Assembly (NCBI GenBank): GCA_963789955.1
Contig: CAWBMV010000001.1
Span: forward strand, 224,001 to 288,000
Length of the DNA stretch: 64,000 bases
Direction of reading: 5' to 3'
From: an uncultured Candidatus Rokubacteria bacterium
GTDB taxonomy: Bacteria; Methylomirabilota; Methylomirabilia; Rokubacteriales; CSP1-6
The notes below the pieces were generated by a model. That model ran no database searches and was not told the origin of the DNA. It saw only the letters and a list, made by a program, of their open reading frames with translations. Made by a program: the position numbers and the translations under genes. Below are positions 28,888 through 40,163 of the stretch, in pieces (positions within the stretch are counted from its first letter, which is position 1; every line of letters starts with the position of its first letter).

Positions 28888-31489
28888 ATGCTCGGCCGCT
28901 ACCGAGAGCCCATGCGCAGCTGGATCGACCCGATCGGGCTCGCGCTCTATCGGCGGCTCCACCTGCGGCCGAATCATCTGACGCTCATCGGGCTCGGCGT
29001 GAGCCTCCTGGCCGCGACCGCGTTCGGCGCCGGGCGGATTCGAGCCGGCGGCTTCCTCCTCATCCTCGCGGGGCTGTGCGACTTCTTCGACGGCTCGCTG
29101 GCGCGCGCCTCCGGCCAGGTGTCGGCGTTCGGGGCATTCCTCGACTCGGTCATCGATCGGTACTCCGACCTGGTGGTGCTGCTCGCGATCGTCGTGCTCT
29201 ACGCTCAGACGTCCCACACGCGCGGCGCCATCGTCGCGATGGCGGGACTGATCGGCTCGATGATGGTGAGCTACACGAAGGCGCGCGCCGAGTCGATCGG
29301 CGTGCGCTGCACCGTGGGCATGATGGAGCGTCCGGAGCGCATGATCTGCCTGATCGCCGGCGCGCTGCTCGATCTGCTCGAGCCGGCCCTCTGGCTCCTC
29401 GCCGTGCTCTCGAATCTCACCGCGCTGCAGCGGATCGCGTTCACGTGGCGGGCCACGCGCGACGCCGCGCTGCTGCGCGTCCTGCTGGTCGCCGCCGTGC
29501 TGCTGGCGCCGGTCGCGGTCGTGGCGGAATCCGAGGCGCCCGGCACCGACTCGGAGCCCCAGCGGACGTGGGCGGCGGCCGTCGAGGCCTACCAGCTCGG
29601 CGACGTCGACCCGCTGATTCGCGAGTTCAGCACCGACGCGGCCAAGGACAGCGTGATCGGCGATCACGTCCGCTATCTGCTGGCCGAGGCGCTCTCGCGC
29701 GGCGACGATCTCGCCGCGGCCCGCGCGGCCGCGCTGAGCGTCGTCGACCGCTATCCGAAGAGCCGTCTGGCGCCGCGCGCGCTGCTGCTCGCGGCGACGC
29801 TCGACCTGCGCGCGGATCAGGATGCCTCCGCGCAGACCGTGCTGGTGCGACTGATCAACGCGTATCCCGACTCGCCCGAGCTGCCCGACGCGCTCTATCT
29901 GCTCGCGCAGACCGCCGAGGCGCTCGGCCAGCTCGACGCCGCGGCGCTGACCTACCGGGATGTGCGGCTCCTCACGCCGGCGAGCGGCTACGCCGACGGC
30001 GCGAGCGATCGCATCGCCGCGCTGCAGGCCGGGGGTGTTCGCCTGCCGCCGTTGACGGCGACCCAGCGGGTCGAGCGGGCCGAGCGACTGCTCCGCGCCA
30101 ACGTGCCCGATGTGGCCATGAGCGAGGCCCAGTCCATCGTCGACGAGACCAAGGAGGGCGCCGTGGTGACGCGCGCGCTGCGCGTGGTCGTCGACGCCTC
30201 CCGGAATCTCCGGCGCTACGACGTGGCGGTACGCACCCTGGGGCTCGTGATCGATCGCTCGCCCGCCGAGCGTCGCCCCGGGCTCAAGCTCGAGCAGGCG
30301 CGGCTGTACGTGCGCGCGAAGGATCCGAGCCGCGCGCTCACGGCGCTCGACGGGATCGCCGGGACGGGCACCGAGGCCGAGAAGGCCGAAGTGCTCTACC
30401 TGAAGGCGCGCGTGCTCGAGGATGTCAACCGCGAGGCCGACGCGATCACCGCCTACCGCGCGGTCGCCGCGCAGTTTCCGACCCGTGAGGCGGCGGCCGC
30501 GTCGCTCTGGCGGCTCGGCTGGCTCGCCTACGGCAAGCGCGACGCGCACGGCGCTCAGAAGAGCTGGACGCGCCTGGCCGAGCTCGGCAGTGCCGGCGCC
30601 TACCGGATGCCCGCGCTCTACTGGACCGGCCGGGCACGCGAGCAAGCGGGCGGCGCGGGGGCGGCGGACCTCTACAACCAGATTCTCGCCGAGGCGCCCC
30701 GGAGCTACTACGGGATGCTCGCCGCCGGCCGGCTCGGCCGCGTCCAGAGAGGGCGGCGTGCCAGGGCAGATCGTGCTGCCACCCGAGCCTCGCGAGGCGC
30801 TGACCGACGATTCGGGCCTTGCGAGGGTCGTGTTGCTCCGGAGGCTCAATCTGATCGACGAGGCCGCGGCGGAGCTCGATGACGCCGTCCAGGGCGCGGG
30901 GGGCAACCCCGTTCGTCTCTACGGCATGGCGGGCGTGTACATCGAGGCGGAGCGCTATCACATGGCCCTGCGGATCATGCGCCGACACTTCCAGTCGGTC
31001 GCGGCCACCGGCGACCCGACCTTGCCGCGCGCGTTCTGGGAGATGTTCTATCCGTACGCGTGGCGCGACGAGATGCGGGATGCCGCGCAGCGCCGGGGAA
31101 TCGATCCGTATCTGGTCGCCGCGGTCGTGCGCGAGGAGTCGAGCTACTATCCGCGCGCGACGTCACCGGTGGGCGCGCGGGGGCTGATGCAGCTCATGCC
31201 GTCGACCGCGCGCCTGATGGCGCCGACGGGCGACCTCGAAGATCCCGGCTTCAACATCGAGCTCGGCACGCGCTTCCTCGCCGGGCTGATGCGCGAGTTC
31301 AACGATCCGCGGCTGGCGCTGGCCGCCTACAACGCCGGACCCAACCGGGTGCGCCAGTGGCTGAACACGCGGCGCAGCGACGACATGGAGGCGTTCGTCG
31401 AGCAGATCCCGTTCGACGAGACGCGTCTCTACGTCAAGAAGGTCGTGCTCTCCTGGGACGAGTACCGCCGGATCTACGGCAGTCCGTGA
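28888..31489 (+). CDS. CDP-alcohol phosphatidyltransferase fused to TPR repeats and an SLT lytic transglycosylase domain (frameshift near 30745)
   Basis: DFFDGSLAR...GAFLDSVIDRYSD; TPR region; REES, GARGLMQLMP, AAYNAG, ETRLYV. Confidence 0.8.
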
Positions 31490-32901
31490 GCCTCGATCCG
31501 CTTCGCGGAATCTCGACAGTCGTGAACGTCGATCTGCCCTACGGCGAGACCACCCTGACCGCGACGCTCCCCGAGCGCACGCGCGTGTTCTCGAACAGCG
31601 AAGCGGTCGTCCCGGCGCCCGTCAGCGACCTGACGACGGCCGTCGGCGAGGCGCTCGCGCAACCGATCGGCCTGCCACGTCTCGGCGAGCTGGTGAAGCC
31701 GCGCTCGCGGGTGACGATCGCGTTCGATGACGCGACGGTGCCCTCGTATGGGCCGATCCGCACGATCGCCATCGAGGCGGTGCTCGGCGAGCTGGCGGCG
31801 GCCGGCGTCGCGCGAGGGCAGGTCTCGCTCATCTGCGCCAACGCGCTCCATCGAAAGCTTCGCCCGGCCGAGCTCGCGCGAATCATCGGCGCTCCGCTCG
31901 TGGCGCGAGTTCGGGGAACGGCTCTCGTGCCACGACGCGGAGAACCCGGACGGCCTCGTCGATCTCGGACGGACGCCTGAGCACGGCTATCCGGTGGTCG
32001 TGAACCGGTGCGTCACCGAGTCCGACCTTCTCGTCTACGTGAACGCCGGGCACATGCGCGGCTTCAACGGCGGCTGGAAGTCCGTGTGCGTCGGGCTCTC
32101 GACCTACGAATCGATCCGCGTGACCCACACGCCCGACGGCATGTCGATGTCGGTCCACGGTAACCGCATGCACGCCGTGCTCGACGAGATGGGCCGGCAT
32201 CTCGAGCGCCGGCTCGGCCGGCCGGTCTTCAAGATCGACACGCTCGGCGCCGATCCCTTCTCGGTCACCCGGGTCGTCGCCGGCTCGGTCGCCGGGGCGC
32301 GCGGCGCGATCGTGAGCGCGATGGCGGCGATGTTCCCGCCGCGGCGTGACCAGGCGAGCGAGCGCTTCGACGTCATCGTGTACGGGGTGCCCGACGGGAG
32401 CCCGTATGCCGTCTTCTCCCACGTGAACCCGATCCTCACCTTGATCTCGTCGGGGCTCGGCTACCTCGGCGGGCTCGTCGAGGCGATCGGCAAGCCGGGC
32501 TGCACCGTGATCATGGCGACGCCCGTGCCCGAGCGCTGGGATCGGGTCGCGCATCCGTCGTATCCGGACGTGTGGGAGCGCGTGCTCGGAACGACGCGCG
32601 ACCCGCACGAGATCATGCAGCGCTACGCCGACGACTATGCGCGACGCCCGGACTACGTCGAGGCGTACCGCTCGCGGTTCGGGTTCCATCCCGTCCACGC
32701 CATCTTCGCGGTCTATCCGCTCAAGCGACTCGGCCACGTCGGCCGCGTCATCGTCGCCGCGCCGCGCGACCCGGCGATCCCGCGCCATCTGGGCTTCGAG
32801 GTCGCCGGCAGCGTCGAGGAGGCGGTGGCGCTCGCCGAGAAGGCTCACGGCGCGGGCTCGTCGATTGCCTACGTGAAGCAGCCGGCGCCGGCGCGGCCTG
32901 A
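31486..32901 (+). CDS. LarA/DUF2088 lactate-racemase-domain protein (frameshifts near 31900 and 32895)
   Basis: AL..PIG..RL, IAFDD.T, NALHRK, HDAE, GFNGGWKS. Confidence 0.8.
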
Positions 32902-32906
32902 TACTG

Positions 32907-33938
32907 ATGACCTTGCAACGGCTTGCGCTGTCAGTTCCGTTCGACGGCTTCACCTTGGCGGAGCACGCGGAGATCGCACGGGACGCCGAGCGGTTGGGCT
33001 ACGCCGACGCCTGGTCGCTCGAGGCCGACGGCATCGACTGCTTCGCGCCGCTCGCGGTCGTCGGAGCGGCGACGTCGATGCGATTGGGCACGGCGATCGC
33101 GAACGTGTTCACGCGCGGGCCGGCGACCCTGGCGATGTCTGCGGCGGGCATCGCCGAGGTCGCGCCGGGTCGATTCTGTCTCGGCATCGGCGCGGGCTCG
33201 CAGCCGATCGTCGAGTCGTGGAACGGCGGCGTGTTCAGCCGACCCGCGACCAGGGTGCGCGAGACGGCGCAATTCCTGCGCCGCGCGCTCACCGGCGAGC
33301 GCGTCGTGTTCCGGGGCGAGACCTTCTCGGTGGACGGCTTCCGGCTGACGCGACCGCCGGAGCACCCGATCCCGATCTATGTCGCGGCGCTACGGCCCGG
33401 GATGCTGCGCGTCGCCGGCGAGGTCGGGGACGGCGTGATCATCAACTGGCTCTCGGCGGACGACGTGCCGAAGTCGATCGCCGTCTGTCGCGAGGCCGCG
33501 CGTAAGGTCGGCCGGGATCCCGACGCGCTCGAGATCACCGCGCGGCTCTTGATCAACGTCGATCCGCCGAGCCCGCAGTCGGAGCTGGCGGTGCGCCGGC
33601 ACGTCACGGCCTATCTGAACGTGCCCGTCTATCGAGCGTTCCAGGAGTGGCTCGGGCGCGGCGAAGCGCTCGGGCCGATGTGGAATGCCTGGCAGAGCGG
33701 CGATCGCAAGGCCGCGGTGGCGGCGGTGCCCGCAGAGGTCATGAATGACCTGATCATCCGCGGCTCGATGGAGACGATTCGCGCTCACGTCCAGCGCTAT
33801 CTGGACGCGGGCGTCGACACCGCGTTTCTCGCGCTCTCGACCCTCGAGCAGGATCCGGCGCGCCGGCGCTCGATCCAGCTCGACGCGATCCGCGCGCTCG
33901 CCCCCGCTACGCGGCCGGCTCCGACCCGACCACGCTGA
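32907..33938 (+). CDS. LLM-class (possibly F420-dependent) oxidoreductase
   Basis: AE.LGY..AW..E, LGTAI.N.FTR.P, GRF.LGIG, IYVAAL.P.ML..AGE..DG. Confidence 0.88.
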   Translation: MTLQRLALSVPFDGFTLAEHAEIARDAERLGYADAWSLEADGIDCFAPLAVVGAATSMRLGTAIANVFTRGPATLAMSAAGIAEVAPGRFCLGIGAGSQPIVESWNGGVFSRPATRVRETAQFLRRALTGERVVFRGETFSVDGFRLTRPPEHPIPIYVAALRPGMLRVAGEVGDGVIINWLSADDVPKSIAVCREAARKVGRDPDALEITARLLINVDPPSPQSELAVRRHVTAYLNVPVYRAFQEWLGRGEALGPMWNAWQSGDRKAAVAAVPAEVMNDLIIRGSMETIRAHVQRYLDAGVDTAFLALSTLEQDPARRRSIQLDAIRALAPATRPAPTRPR

Positions 33939-35107
33939 CGAACGACACGCACTCGCCGGGCGCCCCGCCGAGGTTGTGGGTGAGGGCGAGCTTGCGGCCG
34001 CGCGCCACCGACGCGATCTGCCGCTTGCCGGCCTCGCCGCGCAGCTGGAGCCACGCTTCGAAGAGCATCCGCAGACCCGAGGCGCCGATCGGATGGCCGA
34101 ACGACTTCAGGCCGCCGTCGGGGTTCACGGCCAGCTCGCCGTCGAGGTCGAACGTGCCGGCGAGGACTTCCTTCCACGCGGTGCCGCGCGAGGCGAAGGC
34201 GAGGTCTTCCATCAGCACGAGCTCGGTCGGCGTGAAGCAATCGTGGACCTCGGCCATCGCGAGCTCTTGCCGCGGGTCCTTGATCCCGGCCTGGGCGTAG
34301 GCATCGACCGCGGACGCGACGACTTCCGGGAACGTCGTGTAGTCGTAGTCGGGATCCAGCGGCCCGGCCGCCGGGCCGGCGATGAACGAGAGCGCCTTCA
34401 CGTAGAGCGGCTTGTCGGTGTAGCGGTGCGCGTCTTCCGCGCGGACGATGATGGCGGCCGCGGAGCCGTCGCTGACGCCGGAGCAGTCGAAGATGCCGAG
34501 CGGGCCGGCGACGAGCGGCGAGCAGGCGATCGTCTCCTTCGGCACTTCCTTGCGGAACTGCGCGCGCGGGTTCAAGGCGCCGTTCTTGTGGTTCTTCCAG
34601 GCGATCCGCGTCATCACGTCCTTCAGGGCCGCGTCCTCGACGCCGTACTTCTTGCCGTAGGCCGGCGCGAGCAGGCTGAACGTGGCGGGGGCGGTGAGAC
34701 CGGCGCGGGTGCCGTCGCCGGGCACGGGCTGGCCGGGAAGACCCGAGATGCCCGGAGTCCTTCAGCTTCTCGACGCCGACGGCCATCGCGATGTCGTAGG
34801 CGCCCGACGCGACCGCGTAGCACGCGTTGCGGAAGGCCTCCGAGCCGGTGGCGCAGTAGTTCTCGAGCCGGCTCACCGGCTTGTAGTCGATTTTCAGCGG
34901 GCGCGAGAGCGTGAGGCCGGACTGGCCCGAGTAGAGCGTGCCGAGCCAGAACGCATCGACGTCGGACAGCGCGATCCCCGCCGACGCGAGAGCGTCCTTC
35001 GTGGAATCGACCAGCAGATCGTTGACGCCCTTGTCCCAGTGCTCGCCGAACGGCGTGCACCCCATGCCGACGATCGCCACCCGGTCGCGGATCCCGTTGC
35101 TCGCCAT
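33907..35107 (-). CDS. SCP-x/archaeal-type thiolase (frameshift near 34750)
   Basis: ENYCATGSEA, SDGSAA, EVHDCF, NPDGGLKSFGHPIGASG, HNLGG. Confidence 0.9.
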
Positions 35108-35193
35108 CGCCTGACCTCCTCGGTCGCCGATCGATCACTACGCGGACATCAATTCTATCAGGGCGCTCGCGAGCGCGCAGGTATGCTTTGGCC

Positions 35194-36426
35194 ATGGCCG
35201 TGAGCGAGTGGAGTCGGGCGATCGCGGTCGCGGCCTTCGTCGCCTCCTACGTCGGGCTGGCCCTCGGACGCGTTCCCGGGTTTCGGATCGACCGCACCGG
35301 CGTCGCGATCATCGGCGCCACCGTCATGGTCGTGTCCGGCGCCGTGCCGTGGACCGACGCCGTGGCCTCGGTCGACGCGCCGACGCTCGTCCTGCTGTTC
35401 GGGATGATGATCGTCACCGCGTACCTGCGTCTCTCCGGCTTCTTCCGGCTCGTGATGACGTGGGCGCTCCGCCGGGCCCGGACGCCGCGGATGCTGCTCG
35501 GGGCAGTCGTCGGGGCCTCGGGGGTGCTGTCGGCGTTCTTCGTCAACGACGTGGTGTGCCTCGTCCTGGCGCCGGTCGTGCTCGAGGCCACGCGCCAGCT
35601 CGCGCTGCCGCCGGTGCCGTACCTGATCGCGCTCGTCACCGCGGCGAACGTGGGGAGCGTGGCGACCCTGACAGGAAACCCACAGAACATGCTCGTCGGG
35701 AGCTTCTCGGGGATCAGCTACCGGACCTTCCTCGCCCGCGAGGCGCCGATCGCCTTCGTGGGCCTCGTCTGCGTGTTCGCGGTCACCGCCCTCGTGTATC
35801 GGCGCCAGCTGCCGAACGCGCCGCTGGAGATCACGCCCGACACGCGGCTGGCCGTGCACTATCCCCTCATGTTCAAGACGATCAACGCGATCCTGGTGAT
35901 GCTGGTCGCCTTCCTGGCCGGCGTGCCGATCGCGATCGTCGCGATCGCGGGCGCCGCGTGGACCCTCTTCACGCGCCGGGTGAACCCCGAGAAGGTCTAT
36001 CGCGAGATCAACTGGAGCCTGCTCGTTCTCTTCGCCGGTCTCTTCGTGGTGACGGCGGGTCTCGAGCACTCCGGGCTGATCGCCGTTCTCCTGCGCTGGG
36101 CGGAGGCCGCGAATCTCCAGAGCCCCGCGGTGCTCACGGTCGTCACCGCGGTGCTCTCGAATCTCGTCTCCAACGTGCCGGCGGTGCTCGTATTCAAGCC
36201 GCTGGTCGCCTCGTTCGACGAGCCGCGGCGTGCGTGGCTCGTGCTCGCGATGGCCTCGACCTTCGCCGGTAACCTGACGATCCTCGGAAGCGTCGCGAAC
36301 CTGATCGTCGTCGAGGCGGCCCGGGCGGGTCGTGTCGAGATCGGCTTCGTCGAGTACTGCAAGGTGGGCGTCCCGGTGACGCTCGCGACCCTGTTCCTCG
36401 GCTGGCTCTTGCTCGCCTGGTTCTAG
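35194..36426 (+). CDS. ArsB/NhaD/CitMHS-superfamily anion transporter
   Basis: DRTGVA, SAFFVND, ANVGS.ATLTGNPQN, SNVPAV, GSVANLIV. Confidence 0.9.
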   Translation: MAVSEWSRAIAVAAFVASYVGLALGRVPGFRIDRTGVAIIGATVMVVSGAVPWTDAVASVDAPTLVLLFGMMIVTAYLRLSGFFRLVMTWALRRARTPRMLLGAVVGASGVLSAFFVNDVVCLVLAPVVLEATRQLALPPVPYLIALVTAANVGSVATLTGNPQNMLVGSFSGISYRTFLAREAPIAFVGLVCVFAVTALVYRRQLPNAPLEITPDTRLAVHYPLMFKTINAILVMLVAFLAGVPIAIVAIAGAAWTLFTRRVNPEKVYREINWSLLVLFAGLFVVTAGLEHSGLIAVLLRWAEAANLQSPAVLTVVTAVLSNLVSNVPAVLVFKPLVASFDEPRRAWLVLAMASTFAGNLTILGSVANLIVVEAARAGRVEIGFVEYCKVGVPVTLATLFLGWLLLAWF

Positions 36427-37832
36427 AATCCGCGGAGCGGGCGGGCCTTCCAGAAGTAGTTGTGGACTCCGCCCGCGGTGAAGAGCCGGCGGAACGTCAT
36501 CTCCACGCGGTCGCCGATCTTCACCGACGCCGGGTCGACGTCGGTCAGCTCGCACTGGAATCGGCCGCCGCCCTCGAAGTCGATGACCGCGGCGACCACC
36601 GGCGGCGAGAGCGAATACGCGAGCCGGTCCACCGTGAACGTCGCGATGGTCGCCGGGACATCGGCGAGTCGCTCGGGGGTCATCCGGTCGACGGCGTGGC
36701 ACTTCACGCACACCCGCTGCGGCGGGACCTGCCTGGCGCCGCACGCCTGGCAACGGCTGCCGGTGAACGCGAACTTCCACGACTCGGCGCGGAACGACGG
36801 CGGCGCCGCGGGGCGCTCCGGATCGGGCCGGCGCGGCGGTTCTCGCGGAAGAAAGCCGCGCCAGGTCAGGAATGTCGCGTAGGTGACGCGCCCGCCCGCC
36901 GCGAGCTGCGCGGCCACCGACGGCGCCGGCCGCCGCGCGGCGATGGCGGCCGTCGCCCGCCAGATCGTGACGTCGCAGCCGTCGGCCAGCGAGACCACGG
37001 CGATCAGCTCGTCGGGCTTCGCGCGGTCGAGCGCATCGGCGAGCATGAGCCCCGCGTGCGCCGTCCCGGTGTTGCCGATGCTCGCGGCGAGATCGTCGGC
37101 GACCGTCCCCTTCGCGGCGCCCACCGCCGAGGCCACCCGACGGCTGGCGCGGCTGTGGGGCCCGGTGACGATCCAGCTCTTGACGGACGCGGCGCTCAGG
37201 CCGGCCTGCTTGAGCGCGTCGGTCACTGCGGCTTCGCCGAGTGGGACGTACGCGTGCTCGCCGAAGCGCTCCTCCCACTGGCGCGAGACCGCGTCGCCCG
37301 GCAGGCGCCAGCGCTCGAGGAACTCCGCCGTGGCCGAGGCGCGCGCCACCGGCTCGGCGAGCACTGAACGATCGCGCGAGTCGGCCAGAAGAAACGCGAC
37401 CGCGCCGTCGCCGCCGTCGCGCTCGTCGCCGCCGCCGGGCAGGCCGGTGCGAATGTCGGCGAGCGCGGCGAGCGTCGGCCGGGACGCGTCGATCGCCGCC
37501 GACAAGGCGCCGGCACCCGAGCGCACCGAGCCCAGCATGTCGAACGCCGGCGCGGTCGCGTCGAGCGCCAGCGCCGCGTGGATCGCGCTCGCGTTGGTCT
37601 TGTCCAGATACCCCGGCGCCGCCGTGGCGAAATAGAGAGCCCCCGGCCGCAGGGTCGGTGCGGCACGCAAGGCCGCGCGGGCCGCCTCGACGGCCATCGA
37701 CGTGGTGTCCTCGTCATAGGAGGCGACGGAGCGCGTGCCGGAGCCGGCCGACGCACCGAGCGACTCCCCGATCGCCTTGCGCTCGAGGCGGAAGTAGGGC
37801 AGGTAGGCGCCGTACGCGACGATCCCGTTCAC
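36423..37832 (-). CDS. HMG-CoA-synthase-like domain fused to DUF35 (Zn-ribbon plus OB-fold)
   Basis: GIVAYGAYLP..RL, DEDTTSMAVEA, GDGAVA; CQACG..PP..C.KC, MTFRR...YFWKA. Confidence 0.88.
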   Translation of the reverse strand: MNGIVAYGAYLPYFRLERKAIGESLGASAGSGTRSVASYDEDTTSMAVEAARAALRAAPTLRPGALYFATAAPGYLDKTNASAIHAALALDATAPAFDMLGSVRSGAGALSAAIDASRPTLAALADIRTGLPGGGDERDGGDGAVAFLLADSRDRSVLAEPVARASATAEFLERWRLPGDAVSRQWEERFGEHAYVPLGEAAVTDALKQAGLSAASVKSWIVTGPHSRASRRVASAVGAAKGTVADDLAASIGNTGTAHAGLMLADALDRAKPDELIAVVSLADGCDVTIWRATAAIAARRPAPSVAAQLAAGGRVTYATFLTWRGFLPREPPRRPDPERPAAPPSFRAESWKFAFTGSRCQACGARQVPPQRVCVKCHAVDRMTPERLADVPATIATFTVDRLAYSLSPPVVAAVIDFEGGGRFQCELTDVDPASVKIGDRVEMTFRRLFTAGGVHNYFWKARPLRGF

Positions 37833-37887
37833 AGGTCGATGATTCTACCCGAGATCGGCGCGATGGGCCGATCTCGACCCCACGGCG

Positions 37888-38580
37888 CTATCGACGCACG
37901 GCGACCTTGCGGACGGCGACGACGGGTGTCGCTTCGAGGGGCTCGAGCGCCGCCAGACGGTCTTCGAGATTGGGCTCACGAGCCAGGATGCGTTGCTCGA
38001 TGAACGGGGACGCGGGCGGATTCGCCGCCGCGGCGGCGCGCAGCGCGCCGGCGAGCGCCTGGCGCGGGGCCGCGTGGCCCATGTCTCGCAAGATTTCGAT
38101 CGTCCGCTGATCGGCGTCGAGCTCTTGCTCGCGCGAGTAGGCCCGAACGACGAGCGGATTCACGACGAAATCGGCGAGCCCGCCCCCCGGCACGAAGATG
38201 CCCAGCACGGCGAACCCCGCCGTGATCGACAGCGAGAGCGTGCGCTGCTTGCCGGTGTGTCCGAGAATCTCGTGCGCCACCTTCTGGGCGACGAGCGCGT
38301 CGACGTGGCGCTGGGGCAGCCGAGCCAGACCGTCGGAGAAATAGAATGTCGCATCGGAGCCGACGAACGACGTGACGATATTCGTCTGGATCAACGCGAA
38401 CGAGTAGTAGTCAGGGTCGTCGCCGACGGCCTGGGCGGCACGGTAGAGCGTGTGAGAGATCTTGATGGCCCCCGGATCGCGCGGCGACGGGTAGTAGGCA
38501 AGATCGGGACGCGAGGGCGGGATCAGGGCGCAACCAGTCGCGAGCGTCAGCACGGTCACGAGGGCGAGCGAGCGAAGCAT
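37888..38580 (-). CDS. M48-peptidase-like lipoprotein with a degenerate Zn motif
   Basis: Lipobox LATGC; YSREQELDAD; QKVAH in place of HExxH. Confidence 0.7.
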   Translation of the reverse strand: MLRSLALVTVLTLATGCALIPPSRPDLAYYPSPRDPGAIKISHTLYRAAQAVGDDPDYYSFALIQTNIVTSFVGSDATFYFSDGLARLPQRHVDALVAQKVAHEILGHTGKQRTLSLSITAGFAVLGIFVPGGGLADFVVNPLVVRAYSREQELDADQRTIEILRDMGHAAPRQALAGALRAAAAANPPASPFIEQRILAREPNLEDRLAALEPLEATPVVAVRKVAVRR

Positions 38581-38656
38581 GGCCGGTCCATCCTATGGAG
38601 GCCCCGGCGAGAATCCGGCCGAAATAACGTCTCGTCGCGCCCGGCGTCTACACGTG

Positions 38657-38698
38657 GGGGCGCGCCCCGCAAGAGACCACAAATGCAAGGCGCACCCC
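38657..38698 (-). other. 15-bp RNA hairpin (terminator-like or ncRNA element)
   Basis: GGGGTGCGCCTTGCA/TGCGGGGCGCGCCCC; the three non-WC pairs are G-U only on the minus strand. Confidence 0.5.
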
Positions 38699-38834
38699 AT
38701 ATCGATGAGCCGCCGTCCGTCCTGACCCGGCGGCGCCGAAATACGGCCGGTCCCCTGCCGAGACATCCGACCCCATCGGTTCCGGCCGCTTGGTTGCTAC
38801 GCGATCGACAGATCAGACGAAGGAGGTGTGCCGA

Positions 38835-39467
38835 TTATTTGACGGGCTTCAGCAAGGGGCGCAAATAGGGCCAGATGTGGTCGGCAATCACCTGCTGACC
38901 GGCCGCGGTGGGGTGGATGCCGTCGGCCTGGTTGAGGCGCGGCACGCCGGCGACGCCGTCCAGGAGGAACGGCATCAAGGTGATCTTCGCGCCTCGAGCG
39001 ACGGCCGGGAATACCGCCTCGAACTCCTTCGTGTACTCGCCTCCGTAGTTCGGAGGCAGGCGCATCCCGGCCAGCAACACGCGGGCGCCGGCCGCCTGGA
39101 GTCGGGCGACGATCTCGTCGAGGTTGGCCCGCATGGCCGGCGGGCTCTGACCGCGCAGGCCGTCGTTGGCGCCGAGCGCGACGATGACGACCTCCGGGCT
39201 CGAGCGGAGCACCCAGTCGACCCGCCGCAAGCCGCCCGCGGTCGTGTCGCCGCTGACCCCGGCGTTGACGACGCGGTAGGCGTAGCCCTCGGCCCGAAGA
39301 CGCGCCTCGAGTCGCGCGGGAAATGCCTCGTCGGCCGCGACGCCGAGCCCGGCGGTGAGGCTGTCGCCGAGCGCGACCACGACGCCCTCGCTCCGCGCTT
39401 CGCCCGGTACCAGGCCCAGCCACGCGACACACCACAGCGCGAGCGCGCCCGCGGAAAGTCGTCTCAC
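38835..39467 (-). CDS. tesA: Arylesterase/acyl-CoA thioesterase I (SGNH hydrolase)
   Basis: GDSL, NAGVSGDTT, LGANDG, DGIHP; divergent from ybbAP. Confidence 0.92.
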   Translation of the reverse strand: MRRLSAGALALWCVAWLGLVPGEARSEGVVVALGDSLTAGLGVAADEAFPARLEARLRAEGYAYRVVNAGVSGDTTAGGLRRVDWVLRSSPEVVIVALGANDGLRGQSPPAMRANLDEIVARLQAAGARVLLAGMRLPPNYGGEYTKEFEAVFPAVARGAKITLMPFLLDGVAGVPRLNQADGIHPTAAGQQVIADHIWPYLRPLLKPVK

Positions 39468-39494
39468 AGGGCCAGTGTAGTATGAGGTTCGACG

Positions 39495-40159
<665 letters not shown>

Positions 40160-40163
<4 letters not shown>

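Noticed and set aside
26596..30882. 1428-aa ORF as a GlnD-PgsA-TPR giant fusion
   Set aside because: The frame is open by chance through glnD. It includes only a frameshifted glnD segment; the real downstream gene starts at 28888.
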